Shown here one piece after another: positions 16,393 through 25,448 of a DNA stretch of 41,816 bases. The stretch comes from Candidatus Fervidifonticultor quintus (lineage in GTDB: Bacteria; Sysuimicrobiota; Sysuimicrobiia; Sysuimicrobiales; Humicultoraceae). Under the pieces are notes generated by a model. The model saw only the letters and a program-made list of their open reading frames with translations. It did no database searches and was not told the DNA's origin. Location of the stretch: contig JAVKIJ010000019.1 of NCBI GenBank assembly GCA_031459535.1, forward strand, positions 1 to 41,816, read 5' to 3'. The position numbers were made by a program, and so were the translations under genes. Every line of letters starts with the position of its first letter. Within the stretch, counting starts at the first letter, position 1.

Positions 16393-17157
16393 ATGCGTCT
16401 GACCGTGCTGGGGCGCTCTGGAGGATATCCCCGACCGGGAGAGGCATGCGCCGGGTACCTGGTGGAGGGCGGGGACGCCCGCCTGCTCCTCGACCTCGGC
16501 TACGGGGTGGTCTCGCGACTGCTCGCGCGGTGGGACCCTCGATCCATCGGTGCGGTCGTGCTGTCCCACCTGCACCCGGATCACGTAGCCGACTTTCCCG
16601 CCTTCCAACTGGCGCTGGAGTATGCGCCCTTCCCCCCGCAACGCTGGTCCGCGCGACCGCCGGTCCTGGCTCCCAGTGGCGCTCGCGAGCACCTCATGGC
16701 CTTCGGCCCCGAGGGCGAGGGCAGCCGGATCGTGGGCGATTTCGACTTTCACGTCATGGACGGTGCCGGCAGCCTGCAGCTCGTTGGATTCACCATTCGA
16801 TGGGAGCGCGTGCGCCACGCCGTGGAGGCGTATGCTGTGCGGTTGGAGCGCGACGGGCGGTCGCTGGTCTACACCGGCGATACCGGAGAGTGCGAGGGCA
16901 TCGAGCGGCTTGCCCAGAGAGCCGACGTGTTGCTGGCGGAGGCGACGTTCCCGGAGCGGCTGCAGGAGGCCGGGGCGGCGTTCGTGCACCTCTCCGGCCT
17001 GAGCGCCGGGCGGCTGGCTGCCCGGGCGGGGACGCGGCGGCTGCTTCTGACGCACTTCTTCCCGTGCACCGATCCCGTCGAGGAAGCAGACGCTGCGGCA
17101 GCGGAGTTTGGCGGACCGGTGGAGGCGGTGGTCGAGGGCGCCACCTACGAGATCTAA
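16393..17157 (+). CDS. MBL-fold metallo-hydrolase (RNase Z/phosphodiesterase-like)
   Basis: LTVLG, LLDLG, SHLHPDH, YTGDT, AEATF, HL, LTH. Confidence 0.9.
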   Translation: MRLTVLGRSGGYPRPGEACAGYLVEGGDARLLLDLGYGVVSRLLARWDPRSIGAVVLSHLHPDHVADFPAFQLALEYAPFPPQRWSARPPVLAPSGAREHLMAFGPEGEGSRIVGDFDFHVMDGAGSLQLVGFTIRWERVRHAVEAYAVRLERDGRSLVYTGDTGECEGIERLAQRADVLLAEATFPERLQEAGAAFVHLSGLSAGRLAARAGTRRLLLTHFFPCTDPVEEADAAAAEFGGPVEAVVEGATYEI

Positions 17158-17195
17158 AGAGGCGGTCACCACATCGGCAAAGGAGGCAGGAGGCA

Positions 17196-18209
17196 GTGGG
17201 CCGGATCACGATCCTGGGCGCGGGATTCATGGGGTCAGCGCTGAGTGTACCTGCCAGCGACAACGGGCACAGCGTTGCCCTGTGGGGTACCCACCTGGAC
17301 GGCCACATCATCGACGCCCTGCGTGCCGGTCGGGTCCATCCCAAACTGCAGCTCTCATTGCCGGCGTCCGTCACTCCCTTTGCGTCGGCGGAACTGGAGG
17401 CGGCGTTGGAGGGCGCTGAGATGGTCATCCTGGCCGTGACATCCGAGGGGGCGTTGCCGGTGCTGGAACGCGCTCACGGGTTGATGCGGCCCGGTGTGCC
17501 CTTGCTGGTGGCGTCCAAGGGTCTGGTGCCCTCCAACGGAGCGGTCTCGACGCTCTCGACGGCTATCCGGGCGAGGTGGGCGGCGCGGACCGTGACCATC
17601 GGAGGTCCCAGCAAGGCAGTGGAGCTCGCGAGACGGGTGCCCACCGAGGTCATGTACGCATCGCCGGACGCGCAGGCGCGAGCGCAGGCGCGCCGGTGGA
17701 TGGAGACGAGCTACTACTGTGTCCACGAGAGCACCGATCAGCAGGGGCTGGAGCTGTGCTCGGCCCTGAAGAACGCCTACGCCGTCGCCGTGGGGCTCTG
17801 CGATGGGTTGGTGGCAGCGGGGCGAGCCGAGGCCCTCTACAATCTCAAGGCCGCCCTCTTCTCCCACGCCATTGAGGAAATGGAGATCCTAGGCCAGTGT
17901 GTTGACATCCAGCCCCAGACGTTCTACGGCCTGGGCGGTGTCGGGGACCTCTTCGTCACCGCGGTCGCCGGCCGGAACCGAACCTTCGGCGAGATGCGGG
18001 GCAGCGGGCTGCCGACGGCGGTTGTGGTCGAACGGCTCAAGGCGCGGGACGAGTTGACCGAAGGGTACGCCGCCATTCACTGGTGCTGGCGGTTCGCACA
18101 CGATCACGCCGTTGCCGACCGGCTGCCCCTCCTCCAGGCAGTCTACCGAATCGTGTACGAGGAAGCCGATCCGGCCCGGGAGCTCGCCGCATCCTGTTTC
18201 GGCGGGTGA
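17196..18209 (+). CDS. NAD(P)H-dependent glycerol-3-phosphate dehydrogenase family protein
   Basis: ILGAGFMGSAL, SKG, GGPS.A.E, ALKNAYA, GVGDLFVT, GRNRTFG, EG; SD GGAGG before GTG 17196. Confidence 0.88.
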   Translation: MGRITILGAGFMGSALSVPASDNGHSVALWGTHLDGHIIDALRAGRVHPKLQLSLPASVTPFASAELEAALEGAEMVILAVTSEGALPVLERAHGLMRPGVPLLVASKGLVPSNGAVSTLSTAIRARWAARTVTIGGPSKAVELARRVPTEVMYASPDAQARAQARRWMETSYYCVHESTDQQGLELCSALKNAYAVAVGLCDGLVAAGRAEALYNLKAALFSHAIEEMEILGQCVDIQPQTFYGLGGVGDLFVTAVAGRNRTFGEMRGSGLPTAVVVERLKARDELTEGYAAIHWCWRFAHDHAVADRLPLLQAVYRIVYEEADPARELAASCFGG

Positions 18210-18286
18210 CGCGCCCGCCCTTGCACCACAAACCGCCGAAGTATACCGTATGTGGCAGCAGCATATATCGCCAGCTCTCTGGGACC

Positions 18287-18515
18287 ATGAGGAAAACAAC
18301 GCTCTGTCTGCCCGAGGATCTGGTCGTGCGCCTGCGACAGCTGGCCAAACGCGTGGGGCGTCCGTCCGCCGCCCTTGTCCGTGAGGCGGTGCAGCGGTAC
18401 GTGTCGGTTGAGGAGGCACCGGCGCCTAAGTCCGTAGGGGGCAGGCTACGACCCGGAGCTATCCGGGCGGAAGAGTGAAGCCTGGCTGCGCGCTCGATGG
18501 GCACGGCGTCGGTGA
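18287..18515 (+). pseudogene. CopG/RHH antitoxin (VapB-like), frameshifted in a G5 run at 18437-18441
   Basis: MRKTTLCLPEDL...SAALVREAVQRYV; removing one G gives ...PKSVGAGYDPELSGRKSEAWLRARWARRR* whose TGA overlaps the toxin ATG (TGATG). Confidence 0.75.
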
Positions 18516-18832
18516 TGCTGAACCTGGACACGTCGGCGGTCTTCTCCCTGTGTAACCGGGCCGAGATCGCCTATCTGTTGGAAGCACGACTCGGTCCGGC
18601 GGTGCTGGCGGCATTCCTTCAGGATCGAGAACGGGGCGTCTACACCCTGGACTACGGCGAAGATGATTCTCCCCGCAGTAGAGAGCTGGTCAGCCGGTAT
18701 CAGCGCCTCCCCCTGGGGTTCGCCGATGCGGCGGTCGTGGCGTGCGCCGAACGGCGTGGCGGGCGCGTGTTGACCCTGGACGAGCAGGACTTCCGGGTCG
18801 TCGAGGCCGAGGGGAAGATCACACTGGCGTGA
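18515..18832 (+). CDS. PIN-domain (VapC-like) toxin, short and probably internally deleted
   Basis: LDTSA, AEIAYL, LGFADAAVVA.AE, LTLD..DF; 105 aa, with an unusually short spacing between the first D and the E. Confidence 0.8.
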   Translation: MLNLDTSAVFSLCNRAEIAYLLEARLGPAVLAAFLQDRERGVYTLDYGEDDSPRSRELVSRYQRLPLGFADAAVVACAERRGGRVLTLDEQDFRVVEAEGKITLA

Positions 18833-18864
18833 GCCGACTTCCGTGAACTGGAGGCGGATGGAGA

Positions 18865-19725
18865 GTGGGGGTCGAAGAAAGGCACGTCAGGCTGAAGCCG
18901 CTCCCGTCTGACATCGGGGGACGGCTCGAGACGGTCGCCTCGGTCCTCCTCCAGCACCCGGTGCGCTTGGGCTACCTCTTTGGGTCAGCCGCCCGTGACC
19001 CCGCGAGGGCCAGCGATGTGGACATCGCCGTGCTGCCAGAGCAGGGGTTCTCCTACACGGCGCTGTACGCCGATCTGTCAGCGGCCCTCGGCACAGACCG
19101 TCTCGACCTCGCCGACCTGAGGTTCGCGACCCCCCTGTTGCAGTGGCAGGTCGTCACCGGCGGTCGCCGCTTGGTGGCTACCTCCGACCTCGAAGCCGCT
19201 GTGTACGAGCAGGCCGCTCGGAGCCGCTACCGCGATCACAGGGTGTGGTGGACGGGCCGGGCCGCCACCCCGGGAGGAGCGCTCGCCATGACCATGCGCC
19301 GGGACCTGATTCTACAATCCTTGGCTGAATTGGAGCGCGTCGCCCAGGAACTCGAGAAGTACCGATCAGTCACCGCCGATGCGTTGGCCAGGGATCTCAG
19401 CCTGCGGTGGACGGTGGAGCGCGGACTGCTGGCCGGGCTCGGAATTGTCTTTCGGGTCGCCGAGCACATCCTGGCGGCGCACTTCCACCGGGCCCCCGAC
19501 ACCTACGAGGGACTGCTAACTGACCTTCGGGATTGCGGGGTCCTCCCCGAAGAGCTCTACGCCCGCCTGCGGGGGTCTGGGGGGTTCCGCAACGTCCTGG
19601 TCCACGAGTACGTCACGGTGGACCTCAAAGAAATTGAGAATTCACTGCACGGGGCGCCGTTCACCTTCCGCGCCTTCGGCGAGGCGGTCTCGGGATGGCT
19701 TGCGCGCCTCGCTGATGCTCCCTGA
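18865..19725 (+). CDS. Fused MNT nucleotidyltransferase + HEPN (DUF86/HepT-like) protein, type VII TA-like
   Basis: YLFGSAAR...SDVDIAV and DLADL (MNT); VERGL and GFRNVLVHEY (HEPN RX4H-X-Y). Confidence 0.88.
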   Translation: MGVEERHVRLKPLPSDIGGRLETVASVLLQHPVRLGYLFGSAARDPARASDVDIAVLPEQGFSYTALYADLSAALGTDRLDLADLRFATPLLQWQVVTGGRRLVATSDLEAAVYEQAARSRYRDHRVWWTGRAATPGGALAMTMRRDLILQSLAELERVAQELEKYRSVTADALARDLSLRWTVERGLLAGLGIVFRVAEHILAAHFHRAPDTYEGLLTDLRDCGVLPEELYARLRGSGGFRNVLVHEYVTVDLKEIENSLHGAPFTFRAFGEAVSGWLARLADAP

Positions 19726-19752
19726 CGGAGGATATCTCCCCGCCGACCGCGC

Positions 19753-20436
19753 ATGGGTTCTTCCATGGACCCTGGTGCCGGCGGTCTTACGGCCGTAGTG
19801 CTCACGTGGTGGATCGTGAGCCTCTCGGGTGTCCTCATGCCCGGACCTGTCTCTGCCATGGCCGTCAGCGGGGGCGCGCGCCGGGGCCTCGTCGCAGGTC
19901 CGCTCATCACGGCCGGCCACGCGGCGGCAGAGATCTGCATGGTGGGCGCCCTGGTCGTGGGGCTGAGCCAGGTCCTGCAGCGGCCGGCGGTCGTCGGCGC
20001 GATCGGACTGCTGGGTGGCGCGGTGCTCCTCCCGATGGGCTGGAGCGTGGTGCAGACTGCGCGGCGCGCTCCGTCAGGGCCGTCGGCCGTGGGTGCGTCG
20101 GCGCAGCAGGACGGGAGCCTGGTGCGCGCCGGGATGCTCACGACCGTCGCCAATCCCTACTGGTATCTCTGGTGGGCGACCGTCGGGGCCGCCTATCTGG
20201 TCGCCTTCCGTCCGTACGGCATCGCCGCCGTGATCGTGCTCTTCCTTGCCGGCCACCTGGCGCTGGATCTGGGCTGGAACAGTCTTCTGGCCCTGGTGGT
20301 CGGCGCGAGGCGCGGGCGCGTGCCTGCACGAGTCTACCAGGTCGTGCTGGGAATCTGCGGGGCGTTCGTCATGGTCATGAGCGGCTATTTCGTGTATTCG
20401 GGGATCACGTTTCTGCTCTCAACGACCCAACGATAG
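19753..20436 (+). CDS. LysE-family transporter
   Basis: SGVLMPGP, GPLITAGH..E, NPYWYLWWATVG; multiple transmembrane segments. Confidence 0.9.
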   Translation: MGSSMDPGAGGLTAVVLTWWIVSLSGVLMPGPVSAMAVSGGARRGLVAGPLITAGHAAAEICMVGALVVGLSQVLQRPAVVGAIGLLGGAVLLPMGWSVVQTARRAPSGPSAVGASAQQDGSLVRAGMLTTVANPYWYLWWATVGAAYLVAFRPYGIAAVIVLFLAGHLALDLGWNSLLALVVGARRGRVPARVYQVVLGICGAFVMVMSGYFVYSGITFLLSTTQR

Positions 20437-20464
20437 AGAAACGATGCGGCTCGCAGCAGGGTGA

Positions 20465-21562
20465 TCAGCGGCGGCGTGGCTCGTGGCTCAGGAAGCCGCC
20501 CAGAGCCTCAAGACCCCGCACCAGGGTGTCCTGGTCGCAGCTGTACCGTATCCGCAGGTGGTGGGGAGATTCGAAATGGTCGCCCGGCGCGACGAGGACA
20601 CCTGTCGTGGCGAGGAGCTGCTCTGCGAGAGTTTCGGAGTCTACGTCCAGGCGATACCTGACGAACGCGGTGTGCCCCGCCATCGGGGGAACCCAGCTCA
20701 CAAGTGTCCGGTGAGCGGCGACCCAGTCCGCCAGGATCGCCCGGTGGTCGCGGATGATCGTCTTGGCGCGATCGAGATGACGGCTGAAGTTGGCCGGCTC
20801 GAGCGCGAGGCCTGCCAGGTACTCGCCGATTCCGGAGTGGCAGAGGGTGGTATAGTCCTTGTGCGCCCAGCAGTCCTCGACGAACTCCTCGGGTCCCACG
20901 AGCCAGCCGATCCGAATTCCAGTGATGCCGACCTTCGACAAGCTCCCGGTGCAGACCCCCTTTGCGTACCACTCAATCGGCGCCGCAGCCTGTTCTCCCT
21001 CCACTTCGAGCCACCGGAGGGCGCCATCGCAGAGGATCCACGCGCCGACCGACTCCGCGAGTCGGGAAATCCACCGCATTTCCTCCTGAGAGAAGACGGT
21101 GCCGGTCGGGTTGTTCGGATTCACACAGAGAATCAGCTTGGTCTTCCGCGTTACCAGCCGCTCCAGTTCCTGGGGGTCGAGGCGATATCCGCGTTCCTCG
21201 TCGAGCCAGCAGCGCTTCACCACCGCCCCCAGGCTCTCCGCGAGGCCGATGCACTGCATATAGGTGGGGACGATGGCCACCATCTCGTCGCCGGGCTCGA
21301 GGAGCCGATAGACAGCCAGGAGGTTCGCCTCTGCCGTCCCGGTGGTGACGAGGACGTTCCGCTGGGTGGCGCCTTTGTAGAGGGCGGCGATCTGACTGCG
21401 CAGGCGCTCTGAGCCGTTGGTCATCCCGTAGCTCAGAACCATGTCTGGGTCGAGGCCCGGGACGATGTCGCGGAGTTTGAGCTTCGTGATCCCTGCACTG
21501 GCCAGGTCGTAGGTACAAGGCTTCAGCAGCCAGCGCTCGAGCTGAAAGGGTTTGAGTTTCAC
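20465..21562 (-). CDS. PLP-dependent aminotransferase class I/II
   Basis: FQLERW, TTGTAEAN, NPNNPTG, SLSK.GITGIRIGW. Confidence 0.92.
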   Translation of the reverse strand: MKLKPFQLERWLLKPCTYDLASAGITKLKLRDIVPGLDPDMVLSYGMTNGSERLRSQIAALYKGATQRNVLVTTGTAEANLLAVYRLLEPGDEMVAIVPTYMQCIGLAESLGAVVKRCWLDEERGYRLDPQELERLVTRKTKLILCVNPNNPTGTVFSQEEMRWISRLAESVGAWILCDGALRWLEVEGEQAAAPIEWYAKGVCTGSLSKVGITGIRIGWLVGPEEFVEDCWAHKDYTTLCHSGIGEYLAGLALEPANFSRHLDRAKTIIRDHRAILADWVAAHRTLVSWVPPMAGHTAFVRYRLDVDSETLAEQLLATTGVLVAPGDHFESPHHLRIRYSCDQDTLVRGLEALGGFLSHEPRRR

Positions 21563-21596
21563 GGCGCCTCCTCCTCGAAGTCCCTGCCTCCGAGAG

Positions 21597-22601
21597 TCAT
21601 TCGAAGCGAATCCGGGGATCGATGACCGCGTACAGTACGTCGGTCAGTAGGTTAATGATGATGAACAGGAACGCGGTGAACAGCACGGCTCCCTGGATGA
21701 TGGGGTAGTCGCGCTTCTGGATGGCGTCGAAGATCAGCCGGCCGACCCCGGGCCAGCCGTAGACGACCTCGACCAGCACCGCGCCAGCCAACTGCATGCC
21801 GAAGCGTGTCCCGGCAACCGTGATCACCGGGATCAGCGCGTTCTTGAGGGCGTGGCGGACCAGCACCACCCGCTCCGCCAGACCCTTCGCCCGTGCCACG
21901 GCAACGTACTCGTGGTTGAGCACCTCCACCATGCTCGTACGGGTCATGCGCGACAGGGTCGTGATGGGAATGACCGCCAGCGAGAAGGCGGGCAGGACCA
22001 GGTGCTTCAGCCCGTCAGCCAGCGCGGCCCAGTTTCCCTGGATGAGGCTATCTACGAAGACGAGGCCGGTGATCCGGGGCAGGGTGATGCTCAGGTCGAG
22101 GCGGCCAGAGATCGGCAGCAGTTTCAGCCATACCCCAAAGACGTACAGCAGCATCAGCCCGAACCAGAAGATCGGGACGGACATGCCCAGCACACTGACG
22201 ATGGTCGCGCCCAGGTCCACCCGCGTGTTGTGGGCGGTCGCCGAGAGCGCACCCAGGCTGATGCCGATCAGCAGGGCAAAGCCGGTGGCGATTATCGTCA
22301 GCTCAAAGGTGGCCGGGAAGCGGCTCCAGATCTCATCTGCAACGGGCCGTTGGCTCATGATTGACGCGCCCAGGTCGCCCCGGATCAGCGCCCTGGCCCA
22401 GATTGCAAACTGGATGAGCACGGGCCGGTCGAGGCCCAGGTGGCGGCGCAGTTCCTGGGCGCGCTCCGGTGTGGCGAACCCGCCGAGCATGACTTCGGCC
22501 GGATCGCCCGGGATGAGGCGAATGAGGACGAACACCACGATGGCCACACCCACCAGCGTCGGGATGAGGGCCAGGATCCTGCGAACGATGTAGCCGGTCA
22601 T
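21597..22601 (-). CDS. Peptide ABC transporter permease (DppB type)
   Basis: PGDPA, GDLG.S, ARAKGL, HALKNALIP, DPRI. Confidence 0.94.
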   Translation of the reverse strand: MTGYIVRRILALIPTLVGVAIVVFVLIRLIPGDPAEVMLGGFATPERAQELRRHLGLDRPVLIQFAIWARALIRGDLGASIMSQRPVADEIWSRFPATFELTIIATGFALLIGISLGALSATAHNTRVDLGATIVSVLGMSVPIFWFGLMLLYVFGVWLKLLPISGRLDLSITLPRITGLVFVDSLIQGNWAALADGLKHLVLPAFSLAVIPITTLSRMTRTSMVEVLNHEYVAVARAKGLAERVVLVRHALKNALIPVITVAGTRFGMQLAGAVLVEVVYGWPGVGRLIFDAIQKRDYPIIQGAVLFTAFLFIIINLLTDVLYAVIDPRIRFE

Positions 22602-22609
22602 AGTCGCCC

Positions 22610-23341
22610 TCAGAGGTAGCCTACGAACGGCCTGCGCACCGCCGCGGAGTGGCCCCACGTGAGGAGGGTGACCACGTCGAAGATCGGCACGGGTGCGGCC
22701 TCCTGCATGGCGGACGCGAAGGGCGGCAAGTTGGTACACTCCAGAACGAGGGCGCCGATATCGAGATCAGTCTTGACGAGGCGGCGGGCCACATCCGCCA
22801 TCGCGCGGTGCATCTGCCGGATCTCGTCCTCAGTGAGGCTGTCGGCGTAGAGCAGGCGCAGAAACTCGGTCTCGCCCTCGATGCCTGCGATCACGACCGG
22901 CACCGTGCGAGACGTCCAGCCCAGCGGCTCGAAGTACGCGTCGGTCAGCGCCCGGCTGTCCGCCGTGATGATCCCCACGCGGCGGCCCGGGCCGAGCGCG
23001 CCGGCGATCCATGGGACCTGCAGGAGGCTGCTGCTGAGGACCGGTACGCGTACCGCGGCCTGCAACTCGCGCTGCAGGATCGAGAGGTAGCCGCAGCCGG
23101 TCCCGATGATCCGCGCGCCGGCCGCCTCCAGCGCGCGAGCCGCCTCGACGAAACGAGGCGCAGCCGCTCGAGCCCGGTCGGGGTTCTTGAGATCGGCGGG
23201 ATCCACACCGTCAACCAGTTCGTACCTGACCGGGAACGGGAAGGTGGTCGCGTTGCCGACGTCACCGGGAAGCCTCAGGATCCGGTCCCGTTGCATGAGG
23301 ATCCCCACCGCCTGTCCGAAGATCGCACGCCGGGATGCCAT
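22610..23341 (-). CDS. Aspartate/glutamate/hydantoin racemase family protein
   Basis: GILM, PGDVGNATTFPFPV, TGCGYL, LECTNLPP; SD AGGAGG before ATG 23341. Confidence 0.88.
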   Translation of the reverse strand: MASRRAIFGQAVGILMQRDRILRLPGDVGNATTFPFPVRYELVDGVDPADLKNPDRARAAAPRFVEAARALEAAGARIIGTGCGYLSILQRELQAAVRVPVLSSSLLQVPWIAGALGPGRRVGIITADSRALTDAYFEPLGWTSRTVPVVIAGIEGETEFLRLLYADSLTEDEIRQMHRAMADVARRLVKTDLDIGALVLECTNLPPFASAMQEAAPVPIFDVVTLLTWGHSAAVRRPFVGYL

Positions 23342-23352
23342 CCCAGTCCTCC

Positions 23353-24228
23353 TCATGAGCGTAGTGACCGCATGCGCGGATCGAGGATATCCCGGAGCCC
23401 GTCGCCCAGGAGCACGAACCCCAACGTCGCCAGCATGATGGCCAGACCCGGGAAGGTGGACGGCCACCAGACCCCCAGCACGAGCATGTCCTTCCCGCTG
23501 CTGATCATGGCACCCCACTCTGGCGTGGGCGGTGAAATCCCCAGGCCCAGGAACCCCAGTGCGGCGATGTACAGGATGGTCTCGCCCAGGGACAAGGCGG
23601 AAAACACCACGATCTGTGGCATCGCGTTCGGGAGCAGGTGCCGCACGATGATCCGCAGTGGGCCGACGCCAAGTGCCCGTGCCGCCTCGGTGAACTCCCG
23701 GGCTTTGAGGCTGAGCGTGACGCCGCGCACAATCCGCGCCATGGTCGGGGTGAAGACAATACCGATGGCGAGGACGGCATTCACCACGCCCTGGCCCAGC
23801 ACGGCCATGATGGCAATGGCGAGAATGATATAGGGGAAGGACAACAGCACGTCGACCACCCGCATCACGATCGCATCCAGCCGTCCGCCGAAGTAGCCGG
23901 CCGCCAGGCCGACCGATACGCCCAAGAGGTTCATGAGGAGGATGGCGATGACGCCTACCACCAGAGACACCCGCGCGCCGTAGATGACCCGGCTGAGAAT
24001 GTCGCGGCCCAACTCGTCGGTCCCGAACAGGTACCTCAGGTTGCCGGCCCACAGCCCCGGGACCATGCGGCGATCGAGGTTCTGTTGGAGCGGGTCGTGC
24101 GGGGCCAGCAGCGGCGCCAGCAGGCCGAGCAGCAGCAGGCCGCCGATGATGAGGACGCCAGCCAGCGCCAGGCGACTGCGACGGAGCCGCTTCCACAGCC
24201 CCGCGCCCCGGCCCACCCCGGGCGCCAA
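23353..24228 (-). CDS. Peptide ABC transporter permease (DppC type)
   Basis: FGTDELGRDILSR, EAARALG, PEWG, GDGLRDILDPR; start approximate. Confidence 0.92.
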   Translation of the reverse strand: MAPGVGRGAGLWKRLRRSRLALAGVLIIGGLLLLGLLAPLLAPHDPLQQNLDRRMVPGLWAGNLRYLFGTDELGRDILSRVIYGARVSLVVGVIAILLMNLLGVSVGLAAGYFGGRLDAIVMRVVDVLLSFPYIILAIAIMAVLGQGVVNAVLAIGIVFTPTMARIVRGVTLSLKAREFTEAARALGVGPLRIIVRHLLPNAMPQIVVFSALSLGETILYIAALGFLGLGISPPTPEWGAMISSGKDMLVLGVWWPSTFPGLAIMLATLGFVLLGDGLRDILDPRMRSLRS

Positions 24229-24235
24229 GACACCC

Positions 24236-25414
24236 TTAGAGAACGAGGAGGTCGCGGGACGCGGTGGAGAGGAATTCGACGCCATGCTCCGCCACGAGCA
24301 CCGTATCCTCGAGCTGCAACCCGCCCCAGCCGAGCTCGTAGTAGGGCGTCTCGATGTTGACCACCATGCCGGCTTGCAGGGGCTCCGCGGTCTCGGCCGC
24401 GATCGCCGGGGCGTCATAGGGCTCAAGCCCGATGCCGTGCCCGCAGTGGCGGCGGTCAAAGTGCGGGATCCCGGTGGCGCGCACAGCCCGGACGGCTGCC
24501 TCGAAGACCTCGGCGCCGGTGCGGCCGGGCCTGATGGCGCCGATGCCCGCGGCTTCGCCGGCCTGGATCGCCGCGTAGTAGGCGGCAAGGCGACGGTCTG
24601 GACGGCCCAACACCGCGGTCCTGGCCAAGTCGGCGTAGTATCCGTGGTACTCACAGCCGAAATCCACCATAAGCAGGTCGTTCAATCTCAACCGACGATC
24701 AGTCGGAAGACGGTCGACGAGCGCCGACGCACTACCAGCCCCCACATACCACAGGGTCGGACGGGCGCCGGCCGCCGTCATCACCTCGATTGCGCGATGC
24801 GCGAGTGCCGCCTCGCTGACTCCCGGCTGGGCAGTGGCCCAGACGGCGGCCATGGCCTCCTCTACGATAGCTGCGGCTGTTCGGAGCACCTGGATCTCAC
24901 CCGGTTCCTTCACCGCTCGGACTGCCCGGAACAGACCTGATGCCGGAACCAGGTCTACCTCCGGGAGGGCAGCCGCCAGCTGGGCGTAGAGCGCGGCAGG
25001 GAGGCCCATGTCGTCAACCCCCGCGCGACGCACTCCACTGTCCTTCAAGATGTCCGCAGCCGCCTGCACTGCATCCCGTGCCGGAACGGTCGTGCGGAGC
25101 AGTTCGGCCACCTCTGCGGCCTCGGCGTCAAGCTCGCCGTCCGCCTGCGAGACCATCATGAAGTTGCGGCCGTACGGTCGGAAGCGTGTGAGTGCCCCGC
25201 GAAACACGAGAGGGGAGGCATCCGTGATCGGCGCGATCAGGACCGGTGAATCTGCGTCCTGCAAGAGCACGCCGAGCAACGGGTGCCCCCCCGCAAACAG
25301 GCCGAGCGACTGCATATCCAGCGCGAAGCCGGTCATGTAGCGGACGTTCGCGGGCGACGCCGCTAGCAGGGCCTCAACACCGAGGTCCCGCATCGCCGCC
25401 TTGAGCCGCGCCAC
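24236..25414 (-). CDS. M24-family (Xaa-Pro) metallopeptidase
   Basis: NVRYMTGF, VK.P.EI, VDFG, YADLART, GHGIGL, IETPYY, LEDTV; start approximate. Confidence 0.9.
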   Translation of the reverse strand: MARLKAAMRDLGVEALLAASPANVRYMTGFALDMQSLGLFAGGHPLLGVLLQDADSPVLIAPITDASPLVFRGALTRFRPYGRNFMMVSQADGELDAEAAEVAELLRTTVPARDAVQAAADILKDSGVRRAGVDDMGLPAALYAQLAAALPEVDLVPASGLFRAVRAVKEPGEIQVLRTAAAIVEEAMAAVWATAQPGVSEAALAHRAIEVMTAAGARPTLWYVGAGSASALVDRLPTDRRLRLNDLLMVDFGCEYHGYYADLARTAVLGRPDRRLAAYYAAIQAGEAAGIGAIRPGRTGAEVFEAAVRAVRATGIPHFDRRHCGHGIGLEPYDAPAIAAETAEPLQAGMVVNIETPYYELGWGGLQLEDTVLVAEHGVEFLSTASRDLLVL

Positions 25415-25448
25415 CCGGGACGCCCCCGGCAGGATGATGTGGCCGGCC

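Noticed and set aside
24236-25414. Creatinase completing a creatinine pathway
   Set aside because: It keeps the D, D, H, E, E metal ligands of Xaa-Pro peptidases, which true creatinases lack; substrate left unassigned.
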